Positions 33,536 to 36,638 of a DNA stretch of 36,638 bases are shown here, in pieces. The stretch spans positions 1-36,638 of IMG/VR virus record IMGVR_UViG_3300038549_000053; one strand, 5' to 3'. Position numbers and translations under genes: made by a program. The stretch's first letter is position 1. Each line of letters begins with the position of its first letter. The notes beneath the pieces are model-generated. The model was not told the DNA's origin, searched no databases, and saw nothing but the letters and a program-made list of their open reading frames with translations. This DNA comes from a virus (taxonomy: Duplodnaviria; Caudoviricetes).

Positions 33536-34606
33536 TTACGGCGCTTCGGCGTGGGTGGAAATGACGATCGTGCCGAAGTCGATGTTGTTAAACACCAGCT
33601 TCTTAAGTCCCCAGATCATTCCCGCTTCGACGCCCAATTGGTTGCCATAGTCAAACAACTCTTCGTAGTACGTCATGCGGCCTTCGCCGTGTTCGCGTCC
33701 GGTCGCCATCGATGCCGCTTGCGCGCCGCAGAACACCGCGCGCCGTACCGTAGTGGTGTTGGGCGCGAGCGGAATGCGGGTGGCTTGGTGGATGATGACG
33801 CCGTTGTACTCGCCCAAGGCGCCGCTAAAAATGGGGTTGTCCATTTCCCCGCCCTGCACACGCGCTTTCTGCGTGTCGTACCAAGTCACGCGCCCGGCGG
33901 TGGCGTCGGTGCGCAGCGAATAGACTTGATGCGGATGCAAGAACAACACATAGCGCTCGTTGCCACCGATGCGCAGCGGGCGAATCAACGGCGTGGCCGT
34001 CTTGGCCGTAACGATAGCGCGGTCGATCAACGTCAGTTGAAAGTTGTTGCTCGCCGAGGCCGACGCGGACAGCGAGTTTTCCGTCGTTTCGGTGACGCCG
34101 TAAATGATGCGCATGTTGCCGGTGTTAGAGGTTGGCGCAGTGGTCGCCTGCGAACCGGTGTAGCGCGTGTCGGCCTGCCCGGTGTTGCCGGCGATCTGAT
34201 TGAAAAACGCCGTGTCCATACGGTCGGCCCACCAGTCACGCAGACCCATCATCGCCTCTTCGCGCACCGAGAACGGTACGCGTTGCTCGCTCATCTTGCC
34301 GTCGCTGCGAACCGCATGGCGAAGTTGATCGATGAAGATGTTGTCCGAGTACGTGGTAAGCGCCTCTTCTTGGCCTTCCAGGGTGTCATCCCCGGCGACA
34401 CCGGCCCCGCTAAGTTGCATGCGCAGACCGCAGCGAATGCGATCGCCGGCTGACTTGCTAAGATCGTCTTTGACTTGAATCAGGGCGTCAGTGCCGCTAC
34501 CCATGAAACGGGAGATAAAAGTTTCTTTCAGTGCTTCTTGAAAGAGCTTTTTGCTCCATAGCTTCACGGCCAGCGGATGATTAACGCCGTATTGAGTGGT
34601 AGCCAT
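33536..34606 (-). CDS. Major capsid protein, N4-gp56/DUF4043 family
   Basis: AVKLWS..LF, GD.I...L...L.G.GV.GD..LEG.EE.L, IDQLRHAV, NPIF.GALG.YNGV, DFGTI. Confidence 0.92.
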   Translation of the reverse strand: MATTQYGVNHPLAVKLWSKKLFQEALKETFISRFMGSGTDALIQVKDDLSKSAGDRIRCGLRMQLSGAGVAGDDTLEGQEEALTTYSDNIFIDQLRHAVRSDGKMSEQRVPFSVREEAMMGLRDWWADRMDTAFFNQIAGNTGQADTRYTGSQATTAPTSNTGNMRIIYGVTETTENSLSASASASNNFQLTLIDRAIVTAKTATPLIRPLRIGGNERYVLFLHPHQVYSLRTDATAGRVTWYDTQKARVQGGEMDNPIFSGALGEYNGVIIHQATRIPLAPNTTTVRRAVFCGAQAASMATGREHGEGRMTYYEELFDYGNQLGVEAGMIWGLKKLVFNNIDFGTIVISTHAEAP

Positions 34607-34643
34607 GCGCAGACTCCGTGTAGAAAATGAAAGGAAATGGTTT

Positions 34644-34768
34644 GCCGGTAACGTCGGCTAACGAATTCCCCGGATCACGTTGGGGCTACGCGTTGCGCTT
34701 AACGTCCGCACGACGGAGTGATCGTTTTACGTCCGATCGCGACGTACCCATCGACTAACGTGCGATGG
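34644..34768 (-). promoter_or_regulatory. Five tandem hairpins with ACGUNA loops in the capsid mRNA leader
   Basis: Five different stems, all with ACGT-N-A in the loop. Confidence 0.7.
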
Positions 34769-34773
34769 TCCCG

Positions 34774-35643
34774 CTATCCGCCGAACATGCGGCGAAAGTC
34801 CTTGTCCGAAATCTTGTTGAAATCCTCATCGGTGAGTTCGGCCGCCGCCTCGGCGGTGAGTTCCTTGCTGCCGTGGCCGCCGGCCTGACCGAGCGATTTC
34901 GCCGTATCCAAACCCTTTTGCAAGGTATCGAGCTTTTCGCCCGGGTCTTTGCTCGATTGCTTGTAACCCATGCGCTTCGCCATGTTGTAGACCGATTCGG
35001 CGGGGTTGCGCTGCGCGCGCAGGGCTTGCGTCACGAAATGCTGCAACTCTTGTTGCACCACGGCGTTGCGCTCTTCGTGTTCCATGCCCATTTCTTCGAG
35101 CATTTCCCCGCGCGTCTTGGCGAAAAACTCCAACGCCTGTTGATAGTCTGGGGTCTTGGATGAAAACGCGCGCTCTTGCGAATCGATGAAGGCGCGTAAC
35201 CGCAGCGCTTGCAGTTCATTGGCCTGTTGCTGAAAGCGCTCGTCGAGATTTCTGGTCGTCTTTTCGAGGTTTTGCCGTAGCTCTTGCTGTTGGTAGTGCT
35301 GATAGCCAATCGGGTCCTCTTCCGGGTTCGGGATCGCCTGCGGTTTTTCCGTGCTCGCGCGCACGCGTTCATCGAGCCGCACCCATTTCTCTTGCAACTC
35401 GGCAAGTCGTTGCTCGGTTTCCTTGCGCCGCTTGCGTTCTTCGTGAAAGGCGCCGTGCTCGACATAGCCTTTCGGCGGTTTGTCCTTTTCGGCCTTGCCT
35501 TCGGCCTCGGGAGGCTTGTCCGCTTCCGGGCCTTTTTCGGCTTGCGCCTGTTCGCCTTCGCTGGGCTTTTCGTCGGGTGTTGCCGGCGTTTCTTCGCCGG
35601 CCAGTTGCTTTTCTTCTTCAGGGCTCAATTTTTCGATTTCCAT
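34774..35643 (-). CDS. Scaffolding protein
   Basis: Acidic E/K/P-rich N-terminus, V.H.A.HEER.RRK coiled coil; lies between portal and capsid genes. Confidence 0.8.
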   Translation of the reverse strand: MEIEKLSPEEEKQLAGEETPATPDEKPSEGEQAQAEKGPEADKPPEAEGKAEKDKPPKGYVEHGAFHEERKRRKETEQRLAELQEKWVRLDERVRASTEKPQAIPNPEEDPIGYQHYQQQELRQNLEKTTRNLDERFQQQANELQALRLRAFIDSQERAFSSKTPDYQQALEFFAKTRGEMLEEMGMEHEERNAVVQQELQHFVTQALRAQRNPAESVYNMAKRMGYKQSSKDPGEKLDTLQKGLDTAKSLGQAGGHGSKELTAEAAAELTDEDFNKISDKDFRRMFGG

Positions 35644-35725
35644 CGTTGCACCTTTAACGGGGGTTAGCCGCAATAGAACCTAGTTCACTGCTTCCAAAGC
35701 GCCCGCGAGCAAGATCACGCACCAG

Positions 35726-36638
35726 CTACGCGGCATCCATCGACGGCTTTTCGCTTTCCTTTTCTTCGGCAATTTCTTTTTGCGTAGCCATTTCCTCGCG
35801 CCGAATCTTGGTGTCCTGTAGAAGTTTCCATTGCTCGATTTCCCGCTCTTGTCGAAGTTGGTCGCGCCTGAGTTGCATGTCGGCATTCCATTTCTCGCGC
35901 GACAATTGGATTTCGGCATTCGCCAATTCCCGCTTTGCCTCGATTTCGGCGAGCGTAATTTGCTGCTTCGATTGCAGACGCATATTTTCCGCCGCCATGA
36001 ATTGCACTTGCTGCTGTAGTTGCTGCATTTGCGCTTGCACTTCTGGCGGCAGTTGTGCGCCGCCTTTGATTTTCTCTTTCCACTTGCCGATCAACGAATC
36101 GGGTAACGGCAACACGTCGAGCAAGTCTGCCGGCGGTTGAATGCCGGCGGCCTGCATCATCGGCAAGACTTGCGTCAGCGCCCACCAAGCTTCGGTCTTG
36201 ACGTTGGGCGAGGTCGGCGCCTGATCGACGATAATGTCGTATTCTTGCGCCATCGGGTCTTTCACCAACGGCACCATTTGCGCGCCCGATTCCCCGACGA
36301 CACGAATCAAACGGCCATCGGCGATAAACTCGCGCACGAATTGCAGCAACAACCGCCCTTGGTTCTTGCGGTAACGACGCAGGTTGGAGAACAACGGCGC
36401 CAACACCGCGAGCGCTTGGCGCTGGCGCTGCGTCTCGATGACGCCCGGCTGATCGCGGTTGGTCAGGCCCAACAGTTCCAGGTTCACGCCGGACACGTCG
36501 CGGATCGAGCCGATCGCGAAGTTCATCATTTGATCGATCGACGCCGGCAACGGGAACATTTGCCGTTCGCGCACGGAATTCAAGCGCCCAGCGTTCAGCG
36601 CCACCATGCCCTCGGGCTTGGCTAAGTCCTCTCTAGCT
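35726..36638 (-). CDS. Portal protein, C-terminal part (P22-like), open to window edge
   Basis: VSGVN.ELLG, G....RQ.Q, F.NLR.YR...G, YDIIVD..PTSP and Gln-rich barrel. Confidence 0.85.
   Translation of the reverse strand, partial: AREDLAKPEGMVALNAGRLNSVRERQMFPLPASIDQMMNFAIGSIRDVSGVNLELLGLTNRDQPGVIETQRQRQALAVLAPLFSNLRRYRKNQGRLLLQFVREFIADGRLIRVVGESGAQMVPLVKDPMAQEYDIIVDQAPTSPNVKTEAWWALTQVLPMMQAAGIQPPADLLDVLPLPDSLIGKWKEKIKGGAQLPPEVQAQMQQLQQQVQFMAAENMRLQSKQQITLAEIEAKRELANAEIQLSREKWNADMQLRRDQLRQEREIEQWKLLQDTKIRREEMATQKEIAEEKESEKPSMDAA

Noticed and set aside
33482-34453. 323 aa plus-strand ORF, and similar long antisense ORFs at 29..736, 29355..30395 and 30402..31277
   Set aside because: Antisense shadows of well-supported genes in GC-rich DNA

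Overview
Most of a temperate, P22/N4-gp56-type podovirus genome in its unintegrated form, about 57% GC by eye and probably infecting a proteobacterium. From the left: small genes and terminase small subunit (minus strand); a plus-strand island of small genes (DUF932, DUF1419-like, terminal HTH) inverted inside the late operon; a Q-like antiterminator with pR'/tR', VRR-NUC and DUF968 nucleases, and a long structured non-coding stretch where replication genes would be expected; a cro/cI switch; YqaJ exonuclease, SPFH, Bet, Xis and a tyrosine integrase; an intact attP matching a tRNA-Ser 3' end; and a minus-strand virion module from portal to ejection proteins that includes glycosyltransferases, a methyltransferase, a hydroxylase and a GNAT. 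The main find is an integron-like array of four gene cassettes between int and attP. Each has self-complementary GTTA...TAAC ends, with one complete canonical attC, decayed attCs and a possible attI-like site, all oriented opposite to the genes. Other notable signals: five ACGUNA-loop hairpins in the capsid leader, a probable -1 frameshift upstream of bet, and a recurring palindromic operator. No terL, endolysin or replication initiator was recognised in the window. All calls come from reading the sequence; no searches were run.
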